From Candidatus Sulfobium sp. (GTDB lineage: Bacteria > Nitrospirota > Thermodesulfovibrionia > Thermodesulfovibrionales > UBA6898): a stretch of 52,243 bases of DNA. The stretch is from positions 1 through 52,243 of the forward strand of contig JARRRI010000004.1 of NCBI GenBank assembly GCA_037380845.1. The letters run 5' to 3'. The notes beneath the pieces were generated by a model. The model saw only the letters and a program-made list of their open reading frames with translations, did not search any database and had not been told where the DNA came from. This document shows, piece by piece, positions 28,080-39,221 of this stretch (the first letter of the stretch is position 1; each line of letters begins with the position of its first letter). The position numbers were made by a program, and so were the translations under genes.

Positions 28080-28624
28080 GCACCGAAAAACTTATACGGA
28101 AGATATTTTTTGTCGAGATACTCAAGGGGATGGCGCTGACCCTTCGGACCCTTTTTACACATCCGGTCACGCGGCGTTATCCGAAGGTCAGGAGACCGGT
28201 CCAGCCGGGTTTCAGGGGTCTTCACGCACTGGCGAAGAACGAAGAAGGGAAGATGAAGTGCGTGGGGTGCGGGCTCTGCGGCGCCTACTGCCCCTCGAAG
28301 TGTATATATATTTATACCTCGGAGGGAGAGGACCATACCAAGGTCGTCGACAGGTACGAGATAGAAGTGCTGAGGTGCATATACTGCGGGTTCTGTGTCG
28401 AGGCCTGTCCATTCGGGGCGATTACTCTGAGCGAGCATTACGAGTACTCCGATTATTCAAGGGAGCCCTTTTATATGACTAAAGAGAAGCTCCTTTCGAA
28501 CTGGGACAAGTACTTTGCCGGCGAGAAGGGCAGAAGATATTTCAGGGATTTCTGGCGGCCCAAGACGGTGGACTTCGCCGGCGCCGACGAGCAGGCGACT
28601 TTTGCGAAAGTCAGAAGAAAGTAA
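28076..28624 (+). CDS. nuoI: NADH-quinone oxidoreductase subunit I
   Basis: CVGCGLCGAYCP, CIYCGFCVEACP. Confidence 0.96.
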   Translation: MSTEKLIRKIFFVEILKGMALTLRTLFTHPVTRRYPKVRRPVQPGFRGLHALAKNEEGKMKCVGCGLCGAYCPSKCIYIYTSEGEDHTKVVDRYEIEVLRCIYCGFCVEACPFGAITLSEHYEYSDYSREPFYMTKEKLLSNWDKYFAGEKGRRYFRDFWRPKTVDFAGADEQATFAKVRRK

Positions 28625-28632
28625 GGAGAGGC

Positions 28633-28783
28633 GAACATGCTGAAAAAGTCCATAAATTTGTCAGGTATTGATTCCGACTCACGTAAGCGCAGTTTCAGAC
28701 CTGTGTGGTTTTACTCAAGGCGCCTGTCACCGCAGCCGGGGGCTGCGCGGAGCCTCAGGTTATGGACCCTTTTCAGCACATTC
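28633..28783. mobile_element. MITE-like element with terminal inverted repeats, between nuoI and nuoJ
   Basis: Left end GAACATGCTGAAAAAGTCCATAA; right end reverse-complemented GAATGTGCTGAAAAGGGTCCATAA; no transposase. Confidence 0.6.
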
Positions 28784-28838
28784 TCCTCTCTTTTCCGGGC
28801 TGGATATGCAACTGAAGGGTATGATTACGGGAGGCAAC

Positions 28839-29354
28839 ATGCTGCCTAGGCTGTTCTTCGGATATTTTGCCGCTGCCATAACGATTATTTCTATCCTCGT
28901 AGTTACGCGAAGAAACCCGGTCCACAGCGTGATATGGATGCTCCTGCTTTTTTTCCATATCGCCGGCATGTACCTCTTCCTGGACGCTGAGTTCATAGCT
29001 GCGATACAAGTGATCGTCTATGCGGGTGCGGTCCTGGTCCTTTTCCTGTTCGTGGTTCTGCTTTTGAACCTGAGGGAGGAACTCCGGACGGAGAGGTTCA
29101 TAGGTTCATGGCCCGCAGGGGTTCTCATTGCTGCCGCTTTATTTGCAGGTATTGCCGCGGCCCTGAGGTCCTTCGTTCCGGGACCGGCAGGGATTTATAC
29201 GATCAACTTTGTGCAGAGAGTGACTGACACCAAGGCACTGGGACAACTGCTGTTTACACGGTTTCTCCTGCCCTTCGAAGTGGTGTCGGTAGTCCTCCTT
29301 GTTGCCGTCATAGGCGCGATAGTACTGGCGAAGAAAGGGGTGAAGGTCAGATGA
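28839..29354 (+). CDS. nuoJ: NADH-quinone oxidoreductase subunit J
   Basis: [33 protein letters not shown] at 28839 after GGAGG. Confidence 0.95.
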   Translation: MLPRLFFGYFAAAITIISILVVTRRNPVHSVIWMLLLFFHIAGMYLFLDAEFIAAIQVIVYAGAVLVLFLFVVLLLNLREELRTERFIGSWPAGVLIAAALFAGIAAALRSFVPGPAGIYTINFVQRVTDTKALGQLLFTRFLLPFEVVSVVLLVAVIGAIVLAKKGVKVR

Positions 29355-29659
29355 CGGCCGTACCGTTAAACTGGTATCTGATGCTCAGCGCCGTTGTTTT
29401 CAGTATAGGCATCTTCGGCTTTCTGACCAGGAGAAACATCATTATAATGTTTCTGTCCATCGAGCTTATGCTGAACGGAGTCAATATAAGTCTCATCGCC
29501 TTCAGCCATTATCTGCAGGACCTGAGAGGGCAGGTCTTTGCTTTTTTTGTGATCGCCGTTGCGGCAGCCGAGGCGGCCATAGGGCTGGCGATCATCATGG
29601 CCCTTTTCAGAAATAAATCTACGGCTCATGTCGATGAGATGAACGAGATGAAAGGATAA
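29351..29659 (+). CDS. nuoK: NADH-quinone oxidoreductase subunit K
   Basis: [18 protein letters not shown]. Confidence 0.96.
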   Translation: MTAVPLNWYLMLSAVVFSIGIFGFLTRRNIIIMFLSIELMLNGVNISLIAFSHYLQDLRGQVFAFFVIAVAAAEAAIGLAIIMALFRNKSTAHVDEMNEMKG

Positions 29660-29691
29660 ATCCGTAAAGTTATGTGTAAAGGGATAAGATT

Positions 29692-31434
29692 ATGAATAGT
29701 TACCTGCTGATACCCTTTTTGCCTCTTGCAGCCTTTGTGATCAATATCCTGCTGGGCAGGAAATTCATCAGGGGAAAGGCACACCTGGTCGCGATAGCGG
29801 CGGTTGCCGCTTCATGGGTCGTTTCGGTTGTGACACTCATCGATGTAATGTCCGGAAGGACCCTCGACAAAGACCTCTACACATGGATAGTCTCGGGCCA
29901 CTTCACGGTATCGGTAGGGTTCCTTATCGACCAGCTCACGGCGGTGATGCTCATCGTCGTGACTACCTGCAGTACACTCATACACATTTACTCCGTGGGG
30001 TACATGCACGGCGACGACGGGTTCTATCGCTTCTTCTCCTACCTGAGCCTTTTCACCTTCTGCATGCTCATGCTCGTCATGTCAAATAATTTCCTGCAAC
30101 TCTACTTCGGCTGGGAGGGTGTGGGCCTCTGTTCCTATTTCCTGATCGGATATTATTTCAGGAAGAAGTCGGCCTCCGACGCCGGGAAGAAGGCCTTTAT
30201 CGTCAACAGGTTCGGCGACTTCGGTTTCGGCCTGGGAATCATAGTGATATTCCTCACTTTCGGTACAGTTTTTTACGCTCCGGTCTTCGGCCACGCAGGA
30301 GATATCGCGGGCAGGACAATAAATTTTCTCGGCTATGACATCAGCCTGCCTACGCTGATCGCACTCCTTCTTTTCTGCGGTTCAGTCGGCAAATCCGCAC
30401 AGCTTCCGCTGCATGTCTGGCTGCCCGACGCGATGGAGGGCCCGACACCGGTCAGCGCCCTGATCCATGCGGCGACCATGGTGACTGCCGGGGTATTCCT
30501 GGTGGCCAGGTGCCACGCCATATTCGATCTCTCGGCTACGGCCCTTTCGGTTGTGGCCGTCGTCGGAGCATTAACGTGCCTCTTCGCCGCCACAATCGCC
30601 ATTGTTCAGAACGACATAAAGAGGATCATCGCCTATTCGACCATAAGCCAGCTGGGTTACATGTTCATTGCCTGCGGTGTGGGCGCATATGGCGCCGGCA
30701 TATTCCACCTTTATACGCATGCCTTTTTCAAGGCCCTTCTCTTCCTGTGCGCGGGCAGTGTGATGCACGCCATGGCGGGAGAGCTTGACATGCGGAAGAT
30801 GGGGGGTCTTAAGAAATATATGCCCGTAACCTATATGACCATGCTCCTGGCTTCGCTCAGCATCTCGGGCGTTCCGGGATTTGCGGGCTTCTTCAGCAAG
30901 GACGAGATCCTGTGGCTCGCCTATTCGGGTGCGAGCCCGGTCGGGAAATTCGTGTGGCTTATCGGGACCATAGTTGTCTTCCTTACGGCATTCTACTCGT
31001 TCCGGCTTATCTTTGTGACCTTCCATGGAAAGTTCCGTGGTACCCACGAGCAGGAGCATCACCTCCATGAATCGCCGAAGGTTATGACCATTCCGCTCAT
31101 GCTCCTCTGCGTAGGGGCCGTCGCGGCGGGGTGGGTGGGCATACCTCACCTGCTAGAGCAGTTCAGACTGGTCTACAAATTCCTCTTTAATAAATACTAT
31201 ATTGACGAAATATACAGTTTCTTCATCGTGCGGCCGACCATATGGGCTGCGGGCAACATACTTATAGGAATTACGGACACGAAGATCATAGAGGCGGTAG
31301 TCAACGGCGTTCCAGCGGCCATAGGCGGCGTCAGCCGGAAGCTGAGAAGGGTGCAGACCGGTTTTTTGCAAAATTACGCGGCTATAATGGCCACTGGCGC
31401 TCTGATTATTGTGGCCCTGATGCTCCTGAGGTGA
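29692..31434 (+). CDS. nuoL: NADH-quinone oxidoreductase subunit L (apparently shortened internally near the C-terminus)
   Basis: GWEGVGLCSYFLIG, GKSAQLPLHVWLPDAMEGPTPVSALIHAATMV. Confidence 0.95.
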   Translation: MNSYLLIPFLPLAAFVINILLGRKFIRGKAHLVAIAAVAASWVVSVVTLIDVMSGRTLDKDLYTWIVSGHFTVSVGFLIDQLTAVMLIVVTTCSTLIHIYSVGYMHGDDGFYRFFSYLSLFTFCMLMLVMSNNFLQLYFGWEGVGLCSYFLIGYYFRKKSASDAGKKAFIVNRFGDFGFGLGIIVIFLTFGTVFYAPVFGHAGDIAGRTINFLGYDISLPTLIALLLFCGSVGKSAQLPLHVWLPDAMEGPTPVSALIHAATMVTAGVFLVARCHAIFDLSATALSVVAVVGALTCLFAATIAIVQNDIKRIIAYSTISQLGYMFIACGVGAYGAGIFHLYTHAFFKALLFLCAGSVMHAMAGELDMRKMGGLKKYMPVTYMTMLLASLSISGVPGFAGFFSKDEILWLAYSGASPVGKFVWLIGTIVVFLTAFYSFRLIFVTFHGKFRGTHEQEHHLHESPKVMTIPLMLLCVGAVAAGWVGIPHLLEQFRLVYKFLFNKYYIDEIYSFFIVRPTIWAAGNILIGITDTKIIEAVVNGVPAAIGGVSRKLRRVQTGFLQNYAAIMATGALIIVALMLLR

Positions 31435-31441
31435 ATTTGAC

Positions 31442-32968
31442 ATGGTGAACGGCACAGGTTTTCCCATACTAAGCACAGTGATCTTTCTGCCTGTTGCGGG
31501 TGCGGCCCTGCTTCTTCTGGTCCGGAGAGATCGCGAAACACTCATAAAGTGGATCGCCCTTGCCGTAAGCCTCCTGGATTTCTTCATTTCCATTCCCCTC
31601 TTTACCGGCTTTGACAAGACATCTCATCTCATGCAGTTTGTCGAAAGGCACGCGTGGATACCGGCCTGGAACATCAACTACGCACTGGGTTTGGATGGCA
31701 TAAGCATACTGTTTGTGCTGCTGTCCACCATCGTCATAGTCCTTAGCGTCCTGATATCATGGAACTCCGTAAAGACGAAGACGAAGGAGTTTTACATCTC
31801 GATCCTCCTGATGGAGGCTGCGATGATAGGGGTCTTCTGCTCCCTGGATTTCTTCCTATTCTACATTTTCTGGGAGGCCATGCTTATACCCATGTATCTC
31901 CTGATCGGCGTCTGGGGCGGACCCAACCGGGTGTATGCGGCGGTCAAGTTCTTCCTCTACACGCTGGTGGGAAGTGTCCTGATGCTGGTCGGCATAATCG
32001 TTCTTTACTTCTATTCCGGCAGGACCTTCGACATCGTCACACTCTCTACCCTGTCGTATCCTTACCGGATGCAGTTCTGGCTTTTCTGGGCCTTCTTCGC
32101 GGCTTTCGCGGTGAAGGTCCCTATGTTCCCTGTGCACACGTGGCTTCCCGACGCCCACACGGAGGCACCGACAGCGGGCAGCGTAATACTGGCGGCGGTC
32201 CTTATCAAGATGGGGGCCTATGGTTTTCTCAGGTTTTCGCTTCCCATTCTGCCTGATGCGTCGAGGGCCATGACACCCGTCATGATGACGCTTTCGGTAA
32301 TCGCCATCATTTACGGGGGAGTGATCTGTCTTGCGCAGACCGATATGAAGCGACTCATCGCCTACAGTTCGGTCAGTCATATGGGTTTCGTGACACTGGG
32401 GATATTTGCCCTGAACATACAGGGCATGGAGGGCGGCATTCTCCAGATGATCAACCACGGTGTCGTCACCGGGGCGCTCTTCCTCAGCGTGGGTGTTATC
32501 TATGACAGGACCCATACCAGGCAGATCGCCGATTACGGCGGTGTCGCCACCGTTATGCCCATATATGCCTCGCTCTTTATTGTGTTTACCCTGGCATCTA
32601 TCGGTTTTCCCTCCACAAACGGGTTTGTGGGCGAATTCCTGATAATCCTGGGCGGATTTACCGCAAGCCAGTGGGCCGGTGTGCTTGCCGCTACCGGCGT
32701 GATTATCGGTGCCGGCTATATGCTATGGCTCTATCAGCGGGTCTTTTTCATGGAGACAAACGAAAAGGTCTCGGGCCTCGCCGATGTCAACGGAAGGGAA
32801 TTGCTCACCCTGGTCCCTATGATAATACTTATATTCTGGATAGGGGTGCATCCCGACACGTTCCTCGGTTTCATGCATGAGTCGGTGCACCACCTGCTTG
32901 AGCGTGTCAATACCGGCGGCCTTGCCGGGGCGAAAGTCGGCAAAAATATTGCGGAGATCATGAAATGA
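31442..32968 (+). CDS. nuoM: NADH-quinone oxidoreductase subunit M
   Basis: FWEAMLIPMY, AVKVPMFPVHTWLPDAHTEAP. Confidence 0.96.
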   Translation: MVNGTGFPILSTVIFLPVAGAALLLLVRRDRETLIKWIALAVSLLDFFISIPLFTGFDKTSHLMQFVERHAWIPAWNINYALGLDGISILFVLLSTIVIVLSVLISWNSVKTKTKEFYISILLMEAAMIGVFCSLDFFLFYIFWEAMLIPMYLLIGVWGGPNRVYAAVKFFLYTLVGSVLMLVGIIVLYFYSGRTFDIVTLSTLSYPYRMQFWLFWAFFAAFAVKVPMFPVHTWLPDAHTEAPTAGSVILAAVLIKMGAYGFLRFSLPILPDASRAMTPVMMTLSVIAIIYGGVICLAQTDMKRLIAYSSVSHMGFVTLGIFALNIQGMEGGILQMINHGVVTGALFLSVGVIYDRTHTRQIADYGGVATVMPIYASLFIVFTLASIGFPSTNGFVGEFLIILGGFTASQWAGVLAATGVIIGAGYMLWLYQRVFFMETNEKVSGLADVNGRELLTLVPMIILIFWIGVHPDTFLGFMHESVHHLLERVNTGGLAGAKVGKNIAEIMK

Positions 32969-32983
32969 GAAAAGGGGAAGTCT

Positions 32984-34402
32984 GTGATGCCTGATTTGCG
33001 ACCTTTGATGCCGGAGATAATAATGACCGTCCTGGCCCTGTTTATCCTTCTTTCGGACCTTGTTGTCCGGAAAAAGGAGAACATCGGCTTCCTCACCATG
33101 ATCTGTGCTGCAGTGGTGACTTACAGCCTCGCCGGCTCCATGGGTACCGCCTTCAACGGCATGTTCATAGCCGACGGCTACGGGCTGTTTTTCAAGCTGA
33201 TCTTCCTGCTCAATGTAGTGCTCACCGTCCTGATATCGGTGCGGTATATAGAGATAGAAAGAGTGAACCTGGGCGAATATTACGGCCTTCTTCTCTTCTC
33301 AACGCTGGGCATGATGATAATGGCGTCTGCCGGTGACCTCATCGTACTCTATCTGGGGCTGGAACTCATGGCTCTGAGCACCTATATCCTGGCGGGCTTC
33401 ATGCGACACGATGTTAAGTCCAACGAGGCGGCCATGAAATATTTCCTGCTTGGTGCTTTCGCATCAGCCTTCCTTCTTTACGGGACCTCCATGGTATACG
33501 GGCTCACCGGCACCACGGATCTCAGGGGCATTTCTTCCTATATCCTTAATCACGGACTTACGGGCAACCCGGCACTTACCCTCAGCATGATGCTTATGGC
33601 CGTGGCCTTCTCTTTCAAGATAGCTGCGGTACCCTTTCACATGTGGGCCCCCGACGCCTATGAAGGAGCGCCGACATCGATAACGGCCTTTATGTCAGTG
33701 GGCCCCAAGGCGGCTGGCTTCGCGGTGCTGGGGAGGGTTTTCCTTACCGCCTTCGGATCATTGAGGGTCGAATGGACGGCTGTACTCGTCCCGATCGCCA
33801 TCCTGACCATGGCCGTGGGCAACATAGTTGCCATATCACAGACGAATATCAAAAGGATGCTGGCCTATTCCTCAATTGCACACGTAGGATATATCCTCCT
33901 TGGCATCATAGCCGGAACACATGACGGTCTTGCCAGTGTCATGAATTATCTGGTGATCTATGCGTTTATGAACGTAGGAGCCTTTGCGGTCATTATCATG
34001 CTGAGGACTGAGGGCTTCAAAGGTGATAATATTTCCGATTACGAGGGGCTTTCCAGGACCCATCCCCTTGCGGCCGCAATGATGCTGGTGTTCATGTTTT
34101 CACTTACCGGAATCCCTCCGACAGCCGGCTTCATGGGTAAGTTCTATCTCTTCATGAGCGCGATAAATGCCGGCTACACCTGGCTGGTGATCATAGCCGT
34201 GCTTTTCAGCGCGATATCCGCGTACTTCTACCTGAGGGTTGTGATGTACATGTATATGAGGGAGCCGAAGGAGACGGTGGAGCTTGCAAAATCCCCGGCC
34301 CTCGGACTGGCGCTTGGGGTAACCGTGACCGCCGTCATTTTCATAGGGGTTCTTCCTTCAGCGTTCATCAACTTTGCGCGCGTAGCGATAGCTGGATTTT
34401 AG
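32984..34402 (+). CDS. nuoN: NADH-quinone oxidoreductase subunit N
   Basis: EAAMKYF, FKIAAVPFHMWAPDAYEGAP. Confidence 0.96.
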   Translation: MMPDLRPLMPEIIMTVLALFILLSDLVVRKKENIGFLTMICAAVVTYSLAGSMGTAFNGMFIADGYGLFFKLIFLLNVVLTVLISVRYIEIERVNLGEYYGLLLFSTLGMMIMASAGDLIVLYLGLELMALSTYILAGFMRHDVKSNEAAMKYFLLGAFASAFLLYGTSMVYGLTGTTDLRGISSYILNHGLTGNPALTLSMMLMAVAFSFKIAAVPFHMWAPDAYEGAPTSITAFMSVGPKAAGFAVLGRVFLTAFGSLRVEWTAVLVPIAILTMAVGNIVAISQTNIKRMLAYSSIAHVGYILLGIIAGTHDGLASVMNYLVIYAFMNVGAFAVIIMLRTEGFKGDNISDYEGLSRTHPLAAAMMLVFMFSLTGIPPTAGFMGKFYLFMSAINAGYTWLVIIAVLFSAISAYFYLRVVMYMYMREPKETVELAKSPALGLALGVTVTAVIFIGVLPSAFINFARVAIAGF

Positions 34403-34510
34403 ATCACAACCCGCTGAATCCCGCGAATTACCTCAGAGGCGCCCTGAAAAGATCCATCCCCGACTGAAAACTCCCGCAAGGATTTCGGGGCAGGCTTCGG
34501 GGACAAGCTC

Positions 34511-34591
34511 GCCGTCATTCCCGAGGTAGTAATCGGGGATTTGTTTTCTTTAGAAACATGGCAACGTGGATTCCGGCCTGCGCGGGAATGA
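34511..34591. repeat. REP-like palindrome doublet
   Basis: GCCGTCATTCCCGAGGTAGTAATCGGGGAT...GGATTCCGGCCTGCGCGGGAATGA. Confidence 0.75.
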
Positions 34592-34621
34592 GGATAAAAT
34601 ACCCGAATCTCACGGAAAGAA

Positions 34622-35629
34622 ATGCCGCCTCACCCAACTGGCGCGGAAAGCCCGGAAAATGGCTATAGTATTATCATGACAGTCTCTCCAGAAGAATCCG
34701 GCCCTGATCTGCTCAGGATACCCCCTTTCAGGGATGCCCACATGCACTTCATGACCGAAGGCGGGCCTGTGACGGCTGAAGAATTGCCGGAGATAAGAGA
34801 CCGTTACAGGAAATGCGGAATTTTTTCCGTCTATGACATGGGCCATAAGAGCGGAATCGGCCTGAAAGCGAAAGAATTATTCGGAGGCTTTTTTAGCTTA
34901 GAGACTGCCGGGTGGTCACTTTACCGCGAAGGAGGGTACGGCGGTTTCACCGGGAAGGCGGTTTCCGGCAATAACGAAATTAAAAAGGCGGTCGGAGAAC
35001 TTTCCGGCGCCGGCGTGGACTTCATAAAGGTGATAAACTCCGGGATCGTGAGCACAAGGAGAGACGAACCGGTCACGGCCGGGGGGTTCCCCCTGGAGGA
35101 GTTGAAGGTGGTATGCCAGGAAGCCGGGGGGAGAGGTCTCCAGGTGCATTGCCATGCAAATTCCGATGAGTCTGTCAGGAATGCAGTCCTTGCCGGAGTG
35201 TCGGCCATAGAACACGGCTTCCTGATTTCGCGCGAGACGGTTCATATGATGGCCGGGGCTGGTGTGTCATGGACGCCGACCGTTATCGGCCTGCGGAACA
35301 TTCTCCGGTTTCTTAATGCCGACGAGCAAAGATATATGGAGGAAGTCCTGGGCCGACACCTTATTGCGATCAGCGAAGCTTCCACGGCAGGTGTGACGTT
35401 GAAGACAGGCACCGACGGCGGGGCCAGAGGAGTCCCGCACGGAGGGTCTTTTTTTGAAGAGCTGCTTGAGTTCCATAAAGCAGGTCTGTCTCCGGAGAAG
35501 ATACTGACGGCAGCTTGCATGCCTCGGGAAGAGATGGACAAGGGCAATTACCTGCTGGTGAGAAAGGATTTTATAACGGCCGGCGAAATTCAGGCCGTGT
35601 ATGAGGACGGTATCAGGTTGGTATTTTGA
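34622..35629 (+). CDS. Metal-dependent amidohydrolase family protein (start uncertain)
   Basis: DAHMH, GVDFIKV, VHCHAN, IEHG, GTDGG. Confidence 0.85.
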   Translation: MPPHPTGAESPENGYSIIMTVSPEESGPDLLRIPPFRDAHMHFMTEGGPVTAEELPEIRDRYRKCGIFSVYDMGHKSGIGLKAKELFGGFFSLETAGWSLYREGGYGGFTGKAVSGNNEIKKAVGELSGAGVDFIKVINSGIVSTRRDEPVTAGGFPLEELKVVCQEAGGRGLQVHCHANSDESVRNAVLAGVSAIEHGFLISRETVHMMAGAGVSWTPTVIGLRNILRFLNADEQRYMEEVLGRHLIAISEASTAGVTLKTGTDGGARGVPHGGSFFEELLEFHKAGLSPEKILTAACMPREEMDKGNYLLVRKDFITAGEIQAVYEDGIRLVF

Positions 35630-35816
35630 TTCGGTAAACAAGTACGAACCGCTTGATACCGGCGGTCTGTTGCTTTTTCGGCGCTCAAGTGGTTAAGATA
35701 GAAGGCAGTTATCGCCCGTCTACACCTTCCCGAATTACTGCTTACTGAAAGGTGCGGTTTTCTGCCTGTCGGCCTTGCCGGCTTTCATATTTATACGAAA
35801 CACAAGAGGACCTGCT

Positions 35817-37640
35817 GTGAAACGTGAAGATTTAAGAAATATAGCCATAATAGCCCATGTTGACCATGGCAAGACAACACTTGTCGACGGGATGCTCAGA
35901 CAGTCAGGGATTTTCCGCTCGAATGAAAAAGTCCAGGAAAGGGTCATGGACAACATAGACCTTGAAAGAGAGCGCGGCATCACTATTATGGCGAAGAATA
36001 CCGCCGTCTCCTATATGGGAGTGAAGATAAATATAGTAGACACCCCGGGGCATGCCGACTTCGGCGGGGAGGTGGAGAGGACACTCAAGATGGTAGACGG
36101 GGTCCTCCTTCTCGTCGATGCGTCCGAAGGACCGCTGCCCCAGACGAGATTTGTCCTGCAGAAGGCGCTGGAACTCAATCTGCCGCCTATTCTCGTCATT
36201 AACAAGATCGACAGACCCGATGCGAGAATCCAGGAGGTCCTCAACGAGGTCTACGATCTTTTCATCGACCTCGGCGCAACTGAAGAACAGATCGATTTCC
36301 CTGTGGCATACACAAATGCCAAGCTGGGGACCGCCCAAACCGCCCTGGAAGAGGAGGGGGAGGACCTCAGACCGCTTTTCGAGCTTATTCTCAGGACTAT
36401 CCCCGCGCCCGACGCCGGCGATCCGGACAGCCTTCAGCTTCTCGTCACAAACATCGACTATAACGATTATGTCGGCAGGCTCGCCATCGGCAGGATATTT
36501 TCTGGCTCTGTAGGGATAGGAGACGTTGTAGGTGTGGCGCGCGGCGGGGATGGAGTGATGAAGACGAAAATAACCTCGCTGTACGAATTCCAGGGTCTCG
36601 ACAGGGTCGATGTGAAACGCGCTTCGTCAGGCGATATAGTAGCCCTGGCAGGCATCGAGGGTGTGAATATCGGGGACACGATAACCGGCTCCGAGAACCC
36701 GCGGCCTCTCCCGAGGATCACTGTCGATGAGCCTACCATATCGATGGTTTTTTCCATAAATACCTCCCCTTTTGCGGGAAGAGAAGGCAAGCATGTGACC
36801 TCCCGGAAACTGAGGGAGAGGCTTGAGAAGGAACTGCTTTACAACGTCGCGATAAGGGTGGATTTCGACGGGACCGATTCTTTCAAAGTGCTGGGCAGGG
36901 GAGAGCTTCAGCTGGCCATCCTGATAGAGATGATGAGGAGGGAAGGCTACGAACTGTCGGTCTCCATGCCCGAGACTGTCACCAGGCATGTCGACGGAGC
37001 ACTGCATGAACCTATGGAGCACCTGGTAATAGACGTGCCGGAGGAGTTTGTGGGCGTAGTTACACAGCAGGTGGGGATGCGCCGGGGCAGGATGCAGAAG
37101 ATGCAGAACAACGGCCACGGCAGGGTGAGGCTGGAATTCAGGATCCCCTCAAGGGGACTTATCGGATTTCGATCCCAGTTCCTGACGGACACCAGGGGGA
37201 CCGGACTTCTCAACCACATCTTCGACGGTTACGAAACATGGCAGGGTCCGATCTCGAAGCGCTCAAGCGGGGCAATAGTCGCCGACAGGGCGGGGAAGAC
37301 GACCACTTACGCCCTTTTTCACCTCCAGCCGAGGGGTACGCTCTTCGTGAAGGAAAATACGCCTGTATATGAGGGTATGATCGTCGGTGAAAACTCGCGG
37401 GAGAACGATATAGATGTGAATGTCACCAAGGAAAAGAAGCTCACGAACATGAGGGCGTCGGGAGCCGACGAGGCCCTTCAGCTTATTCCGCCCCGGATAC
37501 TCAGCCTCGAACAAGCGATAGAATTTATCAAGGAAGACGAGCTTGTCGAGATAACACCGGCATCGATCCGGGTGAGGAAAAAGGTCCTTGAATCAAACAG
37601 GAGGCCGAAGCACAAGGAGCCTCTCGTCCACATAAACTGA
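35817..37640 (+). CDS. typA: Translational GTPase TypA/BipA
   Basis: [44 protein letters not shown] start at 35817. Confidence 0.97.
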   Translation: MKREDLRNIAIIAHVDHGKTTLVDGMLRQSGIFRSNEKVQERVMDNIDLERERGITIMAKNTAVSYMGVKINIVDTPGHADFGGEVERTLKMVDGVLLLVDASEGPLPQTRFVLQKALELNLPPILVINKIDRPDARIQEVLNEVYDLFIDLGATEEQIDFPVAYTNAKLGTAQTALEEEGEDLRPLFELILRTIPAPDAGDPDSLQLLVTNIDYNDYVGRLAIGRIFSGSVGIGDVVGVARGGDGVMKTKITSLYEFQGLDRVDVKRASSGDIVALAGIEGVNIGDTITGSENPRPLPRITVDEPTISMVFSINTSPFAGREGKHVTSRKLRERLEKELLYNVAIRVDFDGTDSFKVLGRGELQLAILIEMMRREGYELSVSMPETVTRHVDGALHEPMEHLVIDVPEEFVGVVTQQVGMRRGRMQKMQNNGHGRVRLEFRIPSRGLIGFRSQFLTDTRGTGLLNHIFDGYETWQGPISKRSSGAIVADRAGKTTTYALFHLQPRGTLFVKENTPVYEGMIVGENSRENDIDVNVTKEKKLTNMRASGADEALQLIPPRILSLEQAIEFIKEDELVEITPASIRVRKKVLESNRRPKHKEPLVHIN

Positions 37641-37747
37641 CAGGCCTGCAGATAATATCAAGAGTCTCATAATAATTGTCGCATTGTCGCAGTATTATCC
37701 GTTATGCCCGAGGTTCTTAGCCTGGTATCCACCCTGCCTGAAAACTT

Positions 37748-37779
37748 GGATTCCCGACTGCTACCCCGGGAATGACGGC
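37748..37779. repeat. REP-like palindrome between convergent genes
   Basis: Reverse complement GCCGTCATTCCCGGGGTAGCAGTCGGGAATCC, nearly identical to the copy at 10655. Confidence 0.75.
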
Positions 37780-37832
37780 CTCGAACCAGGATTCTTTCAA
37801 ATCCAGAATAGAAGAGTGTCGGAGGGCTGGAG

Positions 37833-39221
37833 TCACTTGATGCGGTATTCCTTGATCTTCGTCCTCAGTGTGTTTCTGTTTATCCCCAGGATCTTTGCGG
37901 TCCTGAGCTGATTTCCGTTTGCCTCTTTCAGGACTATGTCTATAAGGGCCTTTTCCACCTCTGAAAGCACGGTATCGTAAAGGTTGCAGTTTACCGCTTT
38001 AGTCATGTCTTTCAGGTAACGCTTCAGTTTTTCTTCAAGAAATTCCTTCATGGTGAAAGTACTTTCTTCGATCAGGAGGTCCTTCTTTTCTATGACGCTT
38101 CCTGTGGAAAGGACGCAGGCCCTCTTTATGACATTTTCGAGTTCGCGGACGTTGCCCGGCCAATCATACCGGAGTATCGCAGCCGTTGCCTCCTTCGAGA
38201 GCTTCTTGTCCCCCGTCTCCAGTCTTTCCACCGATTCTCTCAAAAAACTCTTGATAAGCAGCGGAATATCTTCCTTTCTTTCCCTCAGGGCCGGCAATCT
38301 TATACTGACCACATTGAAGCGGTAGTAAAGGTCTTCCCTGAAGCCCCCTTTCGATACGGCCGCCGGCAGGTCCTTGTTTGTGGCGCCGATAATGCGGACG
38401 TCCGCCTTTATCGACTGGTTGCTGCCTAGAGGTGTGAACTCCTTGTCCTGCAGGAAACGCAGCAGCTTTGACTGGAGTCCTGCGTCCATCTCGGATATCT
38501 CATCGAGAAAAAGAGTGCCGCCGCTGGCAGACTCTATCTTGCCTTTTTTGCCCTTCACGGCGCCGGTAAATGCGCCTCTCGTGAATCCGAAAAGTTCCGA
38601 TTCGAGCAGTTCTTTCGGAATGGAAGCAGAGTTTATGGCTACAAACGGGGCGGCCGAGCGGCTGCTGTTGTAATGTATGGCCTTGGCCACAAGTTCTTTG
38701 CCCGTCCCGCTTTCACCGGTTATTAATACTGTGATGTCTTTCGGCGCCACCTTCCCGATGTCCTTGAAGACCTTCAGCATACCGGGACTTTTACCGACCA
38801 TATGGGGATGATCTGTTTCGAAGGCCGCCTTCCTGAGTTCCCTCAATTCTTCCCGCAGGGAAAGGTCGCGGAAGGCTTTTTCAATCACTATCTTGAGTTC
38901 TTCGATATCGAAAGGTTTTTCAAGGTAATCATAAGCGCCCTCCTTCATGGCCGTTATGGTGCTCTCCATCCTGGCATGGGCCGTTATCATGACTACGATG
39001 GCCTCAGGATTGAGAGAACGTATTTCCCTCAGGCCTTCAAGTCCGTCCCCGTCCGGAAGTATAAGGTCCAGGAGAACAACCTGAGGGTTGTCCTGGACGG
39101 CCTTGAGGCCGGTCGCCAGTCTCGTCCTCGAGGTGATAGCGTAGCCGAGAGGTTCGAGAGTCTTCTTTGCAACCCAGATGATGCTCTCGTCGTCGTCTAT
39201 GACCAATATTTTCTTATGCAT
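37833..39221 (-). CDS. NtrC-like sigma54 response regulator
   Basis: Receiver domain, GESGTGKE, GAFTGA, LGINRNTLR HTH. Confidence 0.93.
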   Translation of the reverse strand: MHKKILVIDDDESIIWVAKKTLEPLGYAITSRTRLATGLKAVQDNPQVVLLDLILPDGDGLEGLREIRSLNPEAIVVMITAHARMESTITAMKEGAYDYLEKPFDIEELKIVIEKAFRDLSLREELRELRKAAFETDHPHMVGKSPGMLKVFKDIGKVAPKDITVLITGESGTGKELVAKAIHYNSSRSAAPFVAINSASIPKELLESELFGFTRGAFTGAVKGKKGKIESASGGTLFLDEISEMDAGLQSKLLRFLQDKEFTPLGSNQSIKADVRIIGATNKDLPAAVSKGGFREDLYYRFNVVSIRLPALRERKEDIPLLIKSFLRESVERLETGDKKLSKEATAAILRYDWPGNVRELENVIKRACVLSTGSVIEKKDLLIEESTFTMKEFLEEKLKRYLKDMTKAVNCNLYDTVLSEVEKALIDIVLKEANGNQLRTAKILGINRNTLRTKIKEYRIK

